Assembly: GCA_043228905.1 (NCBI GenBank)
Contig: JBHGNT010000051.1
Span: 114,669 to 178,668, forward strand
Length of the DNA: 64,000 nt
Reading direction: 5' to 3'
Origin: Azolla caroliniana
Lineage: Eukaryota; Plantae; Polypodiophyta
Below, piece by piece: positions 22,201 to 34,685 of the stretch. Every line of letters starts with the position of its first letter. The first letter of the stretch is position 1. The notes beneath the pieces were generated by a model that was given only the letters and a program-made list of their open reading frames with translations, was not told the DNA's origin and searched no databases. The position numbers were made by a program, and so were the translations under genes.

Positions 22201-23462
22201 CCGAACCTCCATCCCTTGGTCGACGATCTGTCCGACCGAAACCAAGCTTTTCGTGATTGTCAGGACGTGCAACACGTTCATGAGTTTCCCTTTCTGCCCG
22301 ACATGGCTAAGGGGAACTTCTCCGACATCGCGATCGGATGCGGAGTGTCGTCTCCAGTTGCGACTACTCCAGGTTGTATCGGTTTTTCAAGGTACAAGAA
22401 CCACTCCTTATGGCTCGTCATGTGGTTTGACACGCCGGAGTCTACGTACCACACCTCGTCCGATCTCGGGGTGTTCTGTTTCATTGAGTTTGCTTCGTGT
22501 CTCGTCACAAAGACAGACCCTTCTCCGGCTCTCCCGGAGTCTTCGGCATAGTGTGATCATTGCCGATTTCCCTTGTCGGTATGTCTGGAGCCGTTCCCGG
22601 AACCAGTTCTCTCCGAATCGGCGCGCTTCTTCTAGCACTCACTTTCCCTATGGCCTTTCTTGCCACAGTACCAGCTCTCCGCGATGGACTTCCCTTGCCG
22701 GTTCTCATCGCTTCAACTCCCCCTATTTCCGGAGGGTCCGGAGTTGCTGTCGGCATCACTTCGGTGCCTTCTTTCTTGATCTCGTCGGCCGCCTCCATTG
22801 CGTGCCGACTCGCCTTGTCCTCCACGTCCACGGGGCCTATCTCCCTCCGTGTATAGCATTCTGTTGTTGGTGTGCATGCTTGTAGACGCACCCGCGTGGT
22901 TCTCCTCTACCAGGAGCATCGATTGTAAGTCGAAAAAGGACGGCGTATTCTCCTGGGTACACACAGCCGTTCGGAATGCTCCGAACTTCAACGCCAAACC
23001 TCCGAGACAGATCTTGACCATCTCGCTCTCCTCGATGCTCACCTCTATGGAGGCGAGGGAGTCGTAGATATCCTTGATCTTTGAGGTATAGTCCGCCACC
23101 GACAAGTCGCGTTGTCGTAGGTTGCTCAACTCCTGTCGGAGCTGAAGCTTCCTGGTTGTGGTGCTCGCCGCGAAAATCTTCTTCAGATTTTCTCACGCAC
23201 CCTTCGGCGTCTTTGCATCCCGAACATAGCTCAATAGCTGTTCGCCCACACACAACGCGAAGCAGTATAATACCCTGCTCGCCGATTGCTCCCACGACGG
23301 GAAGTCTCTGTGTGTCGATTCGGGTGCCGCGTCATTAGCTCCTTCGACATAACTCCAGAAGCCGTGTCCGAGCAGGTACTGGTGCATCTTGTAGGACCAA
23401 GACGCGTAGTTGGTTCTGTCCAGCTTCTCTGTTGGAAGCGAGCTCGCCATGCCTCTATCCAT
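19284..23462 (-). pseudogene. gag-pol: A2 gag-PR-IN-RT-RH polyprotein with several stops/frameshifts; continues at 15760-15294
   Basis: WYVDSGVS, HKWIGH..CEAC, IHSD/SDGGKEY/NGVAER, LLYVDDLVI, KHIEVHYHFVRE; removing F1 restores LQYVPTDRQ. Confidence 0.93.
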
Positions 23463-23534
23463 CGTTCTTCTTCTTCTTCTTCGTCAAGCTGTGTCGGCTG
23501 CAGAGAGGTTCTCAACCCTCGCGCTTTGATACCA

Positions 23535-23929
23535 TGTAAAAAGTAGCGTGCGGAAGCAAGTATGAAGACCGAACAGAAGGAAGGAAAAACAGGTTCAATG
23601 GAGAGCTTGAGCTTAAGCGGTATACGCGGGAGAGACAGAGAGAGTGAGAGAGAAGACACAAAAAACTATATTCAACAATAATACTCAGTCTGTACATAAG
23701 ACGTGCTTAGTGAGCACTTTTATACAAGTCCTAAAAGGACTAACCGAAGTACTGACAGTACTTCAATGCTCATCAAGAGCTCCTACACTAACTCCCAAAT
23801 ATATTCCTCACGGAATATCTTTCCTAACGACCTCCCGGTTTATGCACTCGGCCTAACTGATCAGTCCCAACCGATCCGGTCCTCGGCTTCTTCAGCCGAT
23901 CCGGCCGATGTTGAGCTTGTCTCTCAACA
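23535..23929 (-). repeat. A2 5' LTR
   Basis: PBS adjacent; TSD adjacent. Confidence 0.96.
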
Positions 23930-23934
23930 CCTTT

Positions 23935-26821
23935 CTTCACAAATCCCTCCGGTTGTTGCATGTAGATCTCCTCCTCGAGGTCGCCGTGGAGGAATGTCGT
24001 CTTCACGTCTAGCTGCTCTACCTCGAGGTCCATGCTTGCCGCTATGCTCAGCATTATCCGGATGGAAATCATCTTTACTACCGGGGCAAATATCTCGTCG
24101 AACTCCACGCCCTTCTTCTGCTAGAACCCCTTCACCACGATCCTGGCTTTGTACCTTGGGGGGTTGCCGGCATCTCTCGGTTTCAACTTGTACACCCACT
24201 TATTCCGGAGTGCCCGCTTTCCTTTCGGCAACTCCACCAGTTCATACGTGTGGTTCTCATGCAGGCAATCCATCTCGTCCTGCATGGCAATTAACCACTT
24301 GCAACTATGGTGTCCTCCTTTGCTTCTTCGAAGCTTTCCGGCTCCTCCTCATCGGTTAGTAGCATGCGCTCTGCATTCGGAAATCTCCGGCGGGGACCTT
24401 CTCTCTCTGAGAGGATATCTGTGTCCTTGGCTTTTGGCAACTGGCTCCTCTGTTTGTTCTTCATCTGAATCTGATTCAGGGTCTTGGCCGGTTCCGGATT
24501 CTGCTTCTTCTTCTTCTTCGGTCGGTTCGGTTCGGTTCGGTTCGGTTCGGTTTCCTCTCCATAACCGGCCGGTTCCTTGAGTGTCAACCGGCTCTTAACC
24601 GGGTAGGTTCGAATCTCATCGAACCGATCCTTACCAATCGACTCGGAGTTCATTATCTTCTTCTCCGACTCCTAGTTGGCAAGGGTCTTGTCCTCCATGA
24701 AGATAATATCTCGACTCCGGAAAACCTTCTTGTCGACTAGGTCCCACACTCAGTAGCTGAACTCATCATCGCCGTATCCGAGGAATATGCAAGGTCGGGA
24801 CTTTGGATCCAACTTTTCTCTCCGGTCCTTTGCAACATGCACGAACACCTTCAGATGTCGGTAAGACACTTCCTTACTGGTTCACACTCTCTACGGCATA
24901 TCTCTGTCCAAGGGTACTAAGGGTGACTTGTTTATCACGTACGTCGTTGTCAATAGTGCCTGAGCCCAAAATGTCTTGGGTAGCTTAGCATGTGCTAGCA
25001 TACTCCGGACCCTCTCCATTATGGTCCGGTTCATCCTCTCGGCCAGCCCATTGAGTTCCGGCGTCTTCGACATGGTAAATTCAAGCCAGATTCCCTTCGA
25101 GCAGCAGTACTCCTCAAACTGCCCCCGGTATTCTCCTCCGTTATCTGCTCGAACCGCCTTCAGGTTTCGGTCGGTTTCTCTTTCCACTCTTGTGTGGAGC
25201 TCCTTGAAGACCGATAATACCTGACCCTTCATCTTCAACGGTGTGGCCCACAACTTCCGGCTGTGGTCATCTATAAACGTCACGAAGTACTGCGCTCCGG
25301 CAGATGACTTCGTGTCCACTTGACACACATCGGTATGCACCAGCTCCAGTGGTGCATTACATCTCATCGGTGGCCTTGAGCGGAAGGAGGTCCGGTTTTG
25401 CTTACCGGCCAAGCAATCGGTGCACTTCTCAAGATGCACGTCTTTCACCGGAATGAGGTTGTCATCGGCAAGACTCTTCATCCCCTTCTCGCTCATGTGA
25501 CACAGTCTCTTGTGCCACAGCTCACCGGCAGTGCCGGATGCAACTTTCACTTCTTCCCAGCATAACCGGGCATTCATTAGGTACAGTGTGTTGACTTTCT
25601 AGGCCCGAGCCACTATTAGGCTCCCTTTGCTGAACTTCATGACTCCGTTCCGGATGCTACCCGTGTAGCCTTCATAATCTAGCCGATCGGCTGATATCAG
25701 GTTCAGTCGAACCTCCAGAACGTGTCAGACATCCTTCACCAGCAGCTTGCATCCGGTTTGTGTTGTCAGCCACACGTCTCCTATGCCGACAATTCGGCAT
25801 GTACCTTCATTCCCCATACGGACACAGCCATGATCACCGGTTGTGTAGGATGAGAAGCATTTCCGGTCCGGGTCAGGTGGAACGACGCTCCGGAATTGAC
25901 AACCCATGTTGTCTTGTCACCGGCAAGGTTCAACTCACTGTCCTCGATGATGAGCATCAACTCCTCTTCACTTGCCGCGATTGCCGTCGTTCCCTTCTAG
26001 TCCGGTCCTCTCCGGTCTTTGTCATTCCAGTATGGTGACCGCTTCGAATTCGTACTGTCGGTTTCCTTTTCTTTCCGGGAATGCCGACAGTTCTGCTGGA
26101 AGTGCCCCGGCTTCCCACAGTAGAAGCAAGTGGGACTTCCCCTTGGCTTTGATCGTGTCCCCGACTTTTCTCGGTTCTGGGGACTCCGGGTCCTTTGTCT
26201 TCCGCGTTCCGATTCGGTAAGGAGCGATTTGGAGTCGGAGCTCGTATCCTTGTCTTTCGGACGCGCCTCCTCATCTAGCAAGCTCGACTTGACTCTTGCT
26301 AGGGATAACTGTTTTCCTTCCCGCCCGGCGTTGCCCAAAGTGACAACTAACGTCTCCCAACTATCATGGAGGGAACCGAGCAGGAGGAATGCTAGTACCT
26401 CATCGGCGAGAGGTACTTCCAACGATGTTGCCTGGTGAATCAGCCCTTGGAAGGCATTCATGTGCTCCTCCACACTGGAGTCGTCTTGGTACCAGAGCCT
26501 AACTAGCTTCCAAAATACCGAAACCCGATTAATAGCATTTTTGTTCTGAAACATAATGTCGATATTCTCCCAGAGCTAATGAGCCTTACTCTCCTCGTTC
26601 AAGTTGTTGTACAGGCTCATGTCGATGAAGCACCGTATGTATGTCGTTGTCTTCATGTGCATCACCTCCCATATCGTGGCATCGATCTTGTCCGGTCTCT
26701 TGTCCCCGAACTGAACCGGAAACCAAAGATCTTTAACCACAAGCGTGTCCCTCATCTTCGACTTCCACACTGAGTAGTTGGAGCCAGTGAGCTTGAACAT
26801 GCCTCCCAACGAATCTTCCAT
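23935..26821 (-). pseudogene. gag-pol: C1 gag-PR-IN-RT(N-term) remnant
   Basis: NYSVWKSKM, CFYCGKPGHFQQNC, LVHTD, DNGGEY, QLDVKTTFLHG. Confidence 0.9.
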
Positions 26822-26851
26822 TTTTTGTGTCGTTTCGCTCCAATACCATAT

Positions 26852-27397
26852 TGATGCTCAATATGCGGAATATTACTCGGCCACAACCGAGTCTCAGATC
26901 GTGTCGTTTCAAATCGAACATTGAGAATGGGAATGGAGGTGAATACACGTACACACAAACAATATGAGAGAGGGTACACAGTATGTTAACGTGGAAAACC
27001 ATGAGAGGGAAAAACCACGGGAGCCCACAGACTCCAAACTATCACTATGTCAAGGAATACAACATGGAGCACAGAGGCAACGACCTCTTGCTCTCAACCT
27101 TCGCCTGGCAGCGGTTACAGTAGAGACACACTCTTTGTTACGCTCTATACAGTCATCACACCAATAACTCTATACAACTAATAACAACACCACACATTGT
27201 TTTCCCTAGGTCATATTTATACTAATATGACTTTCGGGCTATTTACAAATATAGCCCCAATGGGCTCCCTAGAACATATTTACATATATGTCCCTTCATC
27301 CGGTGAGAGGTTCTCGCCGGGCCTGCATTATCCGGTTCTCACCGGGCCTTCAATGTCAAGTACTCATATCCCATCCGGAGGGACCAAAATCCTAACA
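26852..27397 (-). repeat. C1 5' LTR
   Basis: TGATGCTC..CCTAACA. Confidence 0.9.
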
Positions 27398-27484
27398 CTT
27401 TGGTTATTTGAAACTTTGTATAAATCTGTATTATATACTCATTTCAATTACAGATTTCGGATGTATACGCCCATTACGGGGGAG

Positions 27485-27810
27485 TGTTGAATACGGGTTT
27501 CTAACGGACTTATTCACACTATCTCCTTTTGTACACTCTAGGCTTAGACTATTTATGTAAATAGTGAGAAAGGCAGTTGCCCTAAGTTAGTCAGTATATA
27601 AACTAACTTTGTAACCTAGTTGAGGTTGTTGGCTCAAACAAGACAACCTCTTGATCTTGTGCCTAACTCTCTCTCTCTGTTGCATATTTGTTGTCTCTCG
27701 TTTCTCTGTCTATGTTTCCTTTGATCTTTCTGTTTTTACACACTATCTTATGATCTTCAGAAGAAGAGTGATCGATTAGCTTCCGCATCAGAAGGCGTTT
27801 GTTCCCAACA
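27485..27810 (+). repeat. D1 3' LTR
   Basis: Follows the PPT; TGTTG..CAACA termini; resembles D2/D3 LTRs (ATTCACACTATC, AGTTGCCCTAAG). Confidence 0.85.
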
Positions 27811-27951
27811 GGAAGAAAGGTCAACGACACATGGAACCTTGTTGACCCTCCTCGACACTGTAAACCGATCGGTTGCAAATGGGTGTACAAGGTAAAGTAC
27901 AATGCCGACGGTTCGGTTAACCGGTACAAGGCTCAGTTAGTGGCGAAGGGA

Positions 27952-28271
27952 TACGCACAAACCCACGGAGTCGACTACGACGAGACCTTCGATCCGGTAT
28001 CGAAGATGACGATGGTTCGTGTGGTACTGGCGGTTGCTTCGGCTAAGGGGTGGCATCTTCACCAGATGGACATGAAGAATGCATTTCTTCAAGGCGACCT
28101 TGAAGAGAAGGTACGCACAAACCCATGGAGTCAGCTACGACGAGACCTTCGATCCGGTAGCGAAGATGACGATGGTTCATGTGGTACTGGCGGTTGCTTT
28201 GGCTAGGGGGTGGCATCTTCACCAAATGGACATGAAGAATGCATTTCTTCAAGGCGACCTTGAAGAGCAGG
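27952..28271 (+). repeat. 160-bp tandem duplication within H0 RT
   Basis: TACGCACAAACCCA.. units start at 27952 and 28112; GAAGG microhomology at the junction. Confidence 0.9.
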
Positions 28272-28418
28272 TCTATATGATCCAACCTTCTGGTTTTTAG
28301 TCGGACATGAACAAGTCTGTGGTGTGCTAGCTCAAGAAGTTGCTTTATAGTGTGAAACAAGCCCCCGAGCTTGGAATGCGAAGATCACGCACCGGTTGCG
28401 TAAGATGGGGTTTGTGGC

Positions 28419-28840
28419 TATTGAGAGACAAGCTCAACATTGGGTGCGTAAACGGGTGCATAACCCAGTCCATAGACTGGGTGCATAAAACCATACGTAT
28501 AACATGGTCATAGCGGTGCGTAAACCGAGAGGCCGTTAGAGTGTTATTCCTCGTAAGGAATAATTTTGGGAGTAAGTGTAGGATGCTCATTTATGAGTAG
28601 TCAAGTACCGTTAGTACTTGTGTCAGCCCGATTGTTAGGGCTTGTATAAAAGGTGCTCATTAAGCACGAAGTATGTACAAAGTGTATATAGAGAATTATT
28701 TTTTGAAATAGAACTATGTTGTCTGCTCTCTGTTGCTCTATCTCTCCATCTCGTGTTTTCTGTGTTTTACCGAATTGTCTTACTTCCGAACTGTACTCTG
28801 TGTCTTGCACATATGCTTCTGCACACGCTCTCCTTTTACA
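28419..28840 (+). repeat. A3 5' LTR
   Basis: Reverse-complement homologue of the A1 LTRs; terminal TG mutated to TA. Confidence 0.9.
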
Positions 28841-28950
28841 TGGTATAAGAGCGCGAGGGTTGAGACTCCTCTGCACCCGACAGAAAAGCTTGCGACAAAG
28901 ACAAAGTTGAGTTTGTTCCCTCTTTCTTTTTGGAAAGATAAGACAACAAT

Positions 28951-31900
28951 ATGGACAGAGGAATGGGAAGCTCGCTACCGACTGAGAAGCTCGATAGGAG
29001 AAACTATGCATCTTGGTCATACAAGATGCACCTGTACCTGCTTGGTCATGGCTACTGGAATTATGTCGAAGGAGCTAATGACACAACACCCGATTTGACA
29101 CACAGAGACTTTTCGGCTTGGGAACAAGCGGCAAGCAAAGTTCTCTACTGCTTTGCATCCTGTGTCAGCGACCAACTATTGAGCTATATTCCGGATGCCA
29201 AGACGTCGAAGGACACGTGGGCGAATCCCAAGAGGATTTTTGCCGCAAGCACAATGGCCAGGAAGCTGCAACTCAGATAGGAGCTTAGCAATGTCCAGCA
29301 GAAAGATCTGTTTATGGTTGATTACTCGGCCTAAATCAAGGAAATCTGCAATTCTCTCGCCTCCATCAACGTGAACATCGAGGAAGATGAAATGGTGCAA
29401 GTTTGTCTTGTCTTGGTGGGTTAGCATCAAACTTCGGAGCATTCGAACGGCTGTCTGTACAAGGGAGAATACGCCTTCATTCTTCGAGTTGCAGTCCATG
29501 TTGCTCGTGGAGGAAAATCACGTGGGTGCGTCAACGAGTACGCATGCCGATGGCAAGATTTTGTGCACATAGGAAGATAAGCCATGTGGTCGTGGTGGAA
29601 GATGCGGATCGGCACGTAATGGAGGTGGCCAAAAAGAGCAGAACGGGCGGCATAATCGAAATGTCGGAAGCAATTCCGAACCCTTAGGAAGCCGGGGGAG
29701 TCATAGCGGCGTCAGAAGTCAACAAGGGAAGGCCGCGTCGAAATGTTGGTATTGTGGCAAGAAAGGTCACAGAGAGAGCGAGTGCTGGAAAAAGAGAGTT
29801 GATTCGGACAAAGCCGGATCAAGCGAAAGAGACGCAGAGAGGCGTCAGAAGTTGCACTACACTGAAGGTTCTGAACGAGCCGGAAATGGATTAGGCCCAG
29901 CCCTTGTAATGAAGCACAAGGCCAACTTGATGGCCGTGAACACCTCGAAACCAAGCGAGGTGTGGTATGTTGATTACGGAGTGTCAAATCATATGATGGG
30001 TCACGAGGAATGGTTCTCGTACTTGGAGAAGCCGGAAAAGCAAGGGGTGGTCGAAATGGGAGATGACACTCCGCATACCATCAAACATTTCGGTGAAGTT
30101 CCCCTCAGCCACGTCGGGCAGAAAGGGAAACTCATGAACGTATTGCACGTCCCGACAATAACCAAGAACCTGGTGTCGGTCGGTCAGATCGTCGACCAGG
30201 GAATGCAGGTTTGATTCACACATCTCGGTTGCTTCATACAAGAGGAAGGCAAGATAATCGCGCAAGGGCACCCGTGAAGGGAGGATGTTTATCCTCGACA
30301 ATAATAAAGCTGGAACCGTGTTGTATGCGAAAGGACAGAAGGTCAAATCGGATATCGACCTATGGCACAAGCGGTTCAGCCATATTAACTTCTCGCGGCT
30401 TCATGAAATGTAGATGAAGAACATTGTTTTCGGCTTGCCGAAATTTCGAGGCCAGAATGGCCAAGTCTGTGAAGCCTGCCAGATGGGAAAAAAACACCGA
30501 CTTCCATTCCCCAATGAGCGTAATCGGAGTCGAAATCCGCTCAACTTAACTCATTCGGATATGTGGGGTCTAGCACAAAACGTGAGTCTCGGTGGAAGCC
30601 GTTACTTCGTAACCTTCATCGATGACTTCACTCGGCATACCTGGGCATGCACGATCGCAAAGAAGAGCGAAGTCTTCGCATGTTTCATGAAGGTGAAGAG
30701 CCTTGCAGAAAGGGAAACTAGGCGTAAGATCAAATGCCTACGGTCCGATGGCAGGAAGGATTACTTCTTCGACCAGTTCACAAGTTCTCTACAGAAGGAG
30801 GGAATTCGATGCGAATTCTCGTGTAGATATACGCCGGAGCGGAAGAATCGGACGATTGAAGAAGCGGCCAGGGCAATGCTTGAAGAGAGGCATATGCCGA
30901 AATTCTATTGGGCTGAAGCCGTAAGGACGGTAGTTTACTTGCAGAATCAGACTTTTGCTAATGGAGGAGTGTCGCCACATGAGCTGTATTTTGGAAAGAA
31001 GCCGAACTTAGCACAGTTGAGGACTTTCGGTAGCATTGCGTATGTACATGTATCATGATGCCAAAGCCGAGAAGTGTATCTTGGTCGGCTATTCAGACGA
31101 GCAGAAGGGGTATAAGTGTTATAACCCCCGAACGAAGGAAGTTCGCGTAAGCCGAGACGTCGTGTTCGACGAGTCCACTTCGTGGTAGTTGCCTTCACCT
31201 CCAATACCTCACAACTCCATTCCGAATTCTGAGGAAGAAATTAGCAAGGCTGAGATGCCTCTGCATGATGAGGAAATTGGAGCTCTGTGAGAGAGTCCAA
31301 TCTCATTTCGGCTAAGTGGGCCAAATGAAGGGTTGAGCCGAGGTGGCCAACCTATTGAAGAGACGGCGAGTAGTGGAGACTCCGCCGTGATGTCCCCGCG
31401 TAAAGAACCGAGGAGACGGTTTACGCATAAAGAGAAGGACAAGAAGAAAATGCCGGAGTACGAGCTCGACAGTGCCAGATCAGAGTGAATCTCACATCGG
31501 GCCAGTCGAAAAGGAACCTCTGCAGAAGAGGTCGAAATCAGCTGAAAAGGTCGTGAAATCAGGTAATCACGAAGTACGCCGATCTACCCGCCTGAAGAAC
31601 CCCATAAAAAGATACGGGCACAATGAATACATGGCGCACCATTATGCATACATGACACGAGTGGTGGAAGTACGTGAGTCGGAGAGCTACGCAAAAGTGG
31701 CGAAAGACACGAATCGGCATGCCGCGATGGAGGAAGAGATGCGCGCTTTGACTAATAATGAGACTTGGGACCTAGTTGACGCACCGAAGGGTGTAAAGCC
31801 AATTGGATGTCGGTGGGTGTATAAAGTGAAATACAACATTGACGGCTCTGTCAACCGCTACAAGGCCCAGTTAGTGGCGAAAGGCTACGCGCAGAAGCAC

Positions 31901-33767
31901 GGCGTGGACTACGACGAGACCTTCATCAATCGCGAAGATGACCATTGTGCGAGTCCTGCTAGCCGTAGCAGCGGCGAAGGGGTGGCACTTACATCAAAAG
32001 GATGTAAAGAATGTGTTCCTGCAAGGTGATCTTGAGGAACAGGTGTACATGGTACAACCCCCCATATTTCTATCCAAACAAAACACTTCCGTAGTTTGCC
32101 GACTGAAGAAGTCACTATACGGACTTAAGCAAGCCCCATGAGCTTGGAACATGAAGATTACACAACGGTTGCATAGGATGGGGTTTACGACGTCGAAATC
32201 AGACTCTTCATTGTTTGTTCGGCTAGGTCAACATGGACCGGTTAGTCTTCTACTATATGCTGATGATTTAGTCATCACCGGTGCCGACCTAGAAGAAATT
32301 GGATGCATTAAGTCTCAACTCGCGGCATCTTTCGAAATGAAGGACCTCAAAGACCATCATTACTTCCTCGGGATCGAAGTGATCCGTACCCCCGAGGGCA
32401 TATTATTCAGCCAGCGTCATTACACGTTGAATATGCTCTTCAAGTTCGGGATGGCAGATTGTAAGCCCATCTCGACCCCTCTAGACAGAAACTTAAAGCT
32501 TCACCGAGATTCGGGAAAGGCGTGCGACCCGACACGGTTTCAATAGATTGTCGAAAGCCTGATATATTTGATGACCACTCGGTCGAACCTCAGCTACCCA
32601 TTCGGATTGATCAGTCAATTTATGTCACAACCCATGCCTGAACACTTTCAGTGTGCGCAAAGGATATTATGATATGTCAGCGGCACGGAAGACATGGCAT
32701 TACTGTATCGGGCAGGCGTAGCCGAACAATTAGTTGGCTACACGGATGTTGATTGGGCCGTAAATGTTAGCGATTGTGGATCCACATTCGGATAAGCATT
32801 CTCCTTTGGTAGTGCGGCGATCGCGTGGAGCAGTAAGAAGCAACCGACAGTAGCATTGTCGAGCATGGAGGCCGAATATCGAGGGGCGAATGTCGCTACG
32901 TGCGAAGTCATTTGGCTAAAACGGCTATTACAGGATCTGCATGTGGAGGTGTCCGATCCGACGACGATCTATTGCGACAACCTCAGCAATATCCACATTG
33001 TGAAAAACCCGGTATTCCACGCTCGGACCAAGCACATTGAGGTGCACTACCATTTTGTCCGTGAGTGTGTCCTTTCGGGTGAAGTCGAACTGGCGCATGT
33101 TCCGACAGATCGGCAGGTTGCCGACATCTTCACCAAGCCCCTTGGTCTCAACAAGTTGTTGCATTTCTCAAGTGAGTTGGGATTGCATCACCTCAACACG
33201 CCAAACTTGAGGGGAAGAAAGGAAGAACAGGAAGAGGAGCGTGAAAGGAGCAGAATTGACTGCGATGTGGGATCAGATGAAGAACTCAATTTCGGGCCGG
33301 CTAAAAAAGTCGAAGAAGGAAGCAAGGGTTGTAATCTTAGGGAAGAGCCGAACACAACCGAAGAAGAGGTAAGTAAGGCCAAGACCAAGACGTGGTTCGA
33401 CAATGTTAAATGCTTGGAGACAGAAGATGAATTGGAGACAGCCAATTCGGATGAGAGCAAAAATGAATCGGAAGTAACAGATTCAATCCAAATGTTCGAT
33501 TCGGACATTACGAATCGAACGATGGACAAATGGAGGAAAGGGCAGCGAAAGAGGCACCAACACTTCGACAGCAAGGAAACTACGAAGGGCCAAACGAGCA
33601 GACAAGACGACCGGAAGAGTCGAAGTGCGCGGAATCGAACGGGTCGAGGAGTGCGAGGGAGGCGTGAAGCCAGAAGAGGCCGGAGCGAAGATCCGGAAGA
33701 GCAAGTGGAACCTCAAGTTGAGCTTGAGGGGGAGTGTTTAGAGACAAGCTCAACATTGAGTGCGTAA
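28951..33767 (+). pseudogene. gag-pol: A3 gag-pol with many stops/frameshifts
   Basis: MDRGMGSSLPTEKL, WYVDYGVS, CEACQMGK, LLYADDLVI, KHIEVHYHFVRE. Confidence 0.92.
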
Positions 33768-33905
33768 ATGGGTGCGTAACCCAATGCGTAGACTGGGTGG
33801 GTAAAACCGTACGCACAACATGGTCGTAGTGGTGCATAAACCGAGAGGCTGTTAGAGTGTTATTCCTCATAAGGAATAATTTTGGAAGTGTAGGATGCTC
33901 ATTTA

Positions 33906-34656
33906 TGTTGGGAGACAGGTCCCTCCGGATGGGAAGGGAGAAGAACAGTGCCGATGAACAAACTCTCGGCCTCGGCCGAAACCGGATGAGGAGTACTCGG
34001 CTACGGAGAGTCGGATGGTGCAGACCCGGTGTGAACCGGATGAGGAGTACTCGGCTACGGAGAGCCGGATGGTGCAGACCCGGTGTGAACCAAATGAGGA
34101 GTACTCGGCTACGGAGAGCCGGATGGTGCAGGCCCGGTGAGAACCGGATAAGGAGTACCCGGCTACGGAGAGCCGGATGTTGCAGACCCGGTGAGAACCG
34201 AAGGAAGAGACATATTCGTAAATATGTTTCTGAGAGCCCATCGAGGCTATATTTGTAAATAGCCGTAAAGTCATATTAGTATAAATATGACTTAGGGCAA
34301 ATTTCTTGTTTGGTCGTTGTCATTTTCTTTTTTGCACAAGATTAGTGTGCGTAACTGTACACACAGAGAGAGAGAGAGAGAAAGAGGTTGTTGCCTCTGT
34401 TGTAACCGCCGCCTGTGGCGAAGATTTGTGAGCACGAGGTCGGTGCCTCAGTGAACTCACTGCTGTATATTCCTACATAGTGACATTTTGCAATCTGTGG
34501 GCTGTCGTGGTTTTTCCCCTGGTTTGGGGTTTTCCACGTAAACCTCCTGTGTATTCTCTTCTTCTTCTTGTCGTGTTTTATTTCCCGTTTTCTGTGTATC
34601 ATTCTAAGCCCGGTTGTGGCCAAGCGTCGCGCATAAGTAACGTTGTGCTCCCGTCA
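33906..34656 (+). repeat. C2 5' LTR
   Basis: TGTTGGGAG..CCCGTCA; its start is repeated at 38704. Confidence 0.9.
33980..34195 (+). repeat. 4 x 54-bp tandem array in the C2 LTR U3 region
   Basis: AACCGGATGAGGAGTACTCGGCTACGGAGAG.. units at 33980, 34034, 34088 and 34142. Confidence 0.93.
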
Positions 34657-34685
34657 AGTGGTATCAGAGCGAGACGACACAGAAA

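Larger units (their letters stand above)
14713..23929 (-). mobile_element. A2: full-length family A Copia element, lightly mutated; hosts F1
   Basis: 395-bp LTRs at 14713-15107 and 23535-23929 with about 7 differences. TSD CCTTT at 14708-14712 and 23930-23934. PBS at 23523-23534(-). PPT at 15108-15119(-). Confidence 0.96.
13188..27397 (-). mobile_element. C1: degenerate Tnt1/Tork-like Copia element; hosts A2 and F1
   Basis: LTRs 13188-13584 (internally deleted) and 26852-27397. TSD CTTCG/CTTTG with one mismatch. Degenerate PBS-iMet at 26837-26848(-). Coding remnants at 26821-23930 and 14712-13595 carry many stops and frameshifts. Confidence 0.92.
1..27810 (+). mobile_element. D1: Ty1/Copia element, 3' part only (RT end/RNase H, PPT, 3' LTR), split by insertions A1 and C1; 5' end lies upstream of the window
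   Basis: Pieces 1-399, 12746-13187 and 27398-27810 are collinear. Removing A1 restores TGYCFKF-GNGVISWK. RNase H motifs (TTEAEYVAA, KHIDIRYHFV) are present. PPT GCCCATTACGGGGGAG precedes the LTR. Homologous to D2. Confidence 0.9.

Noticed and set aside
33980-34195. CRISPR-like array or repeat protein (RMRSTRLRR..)
   Set aside because: Contiguous tandem units without unique spacers, no cas genes, located inside a eukaryotic LTR
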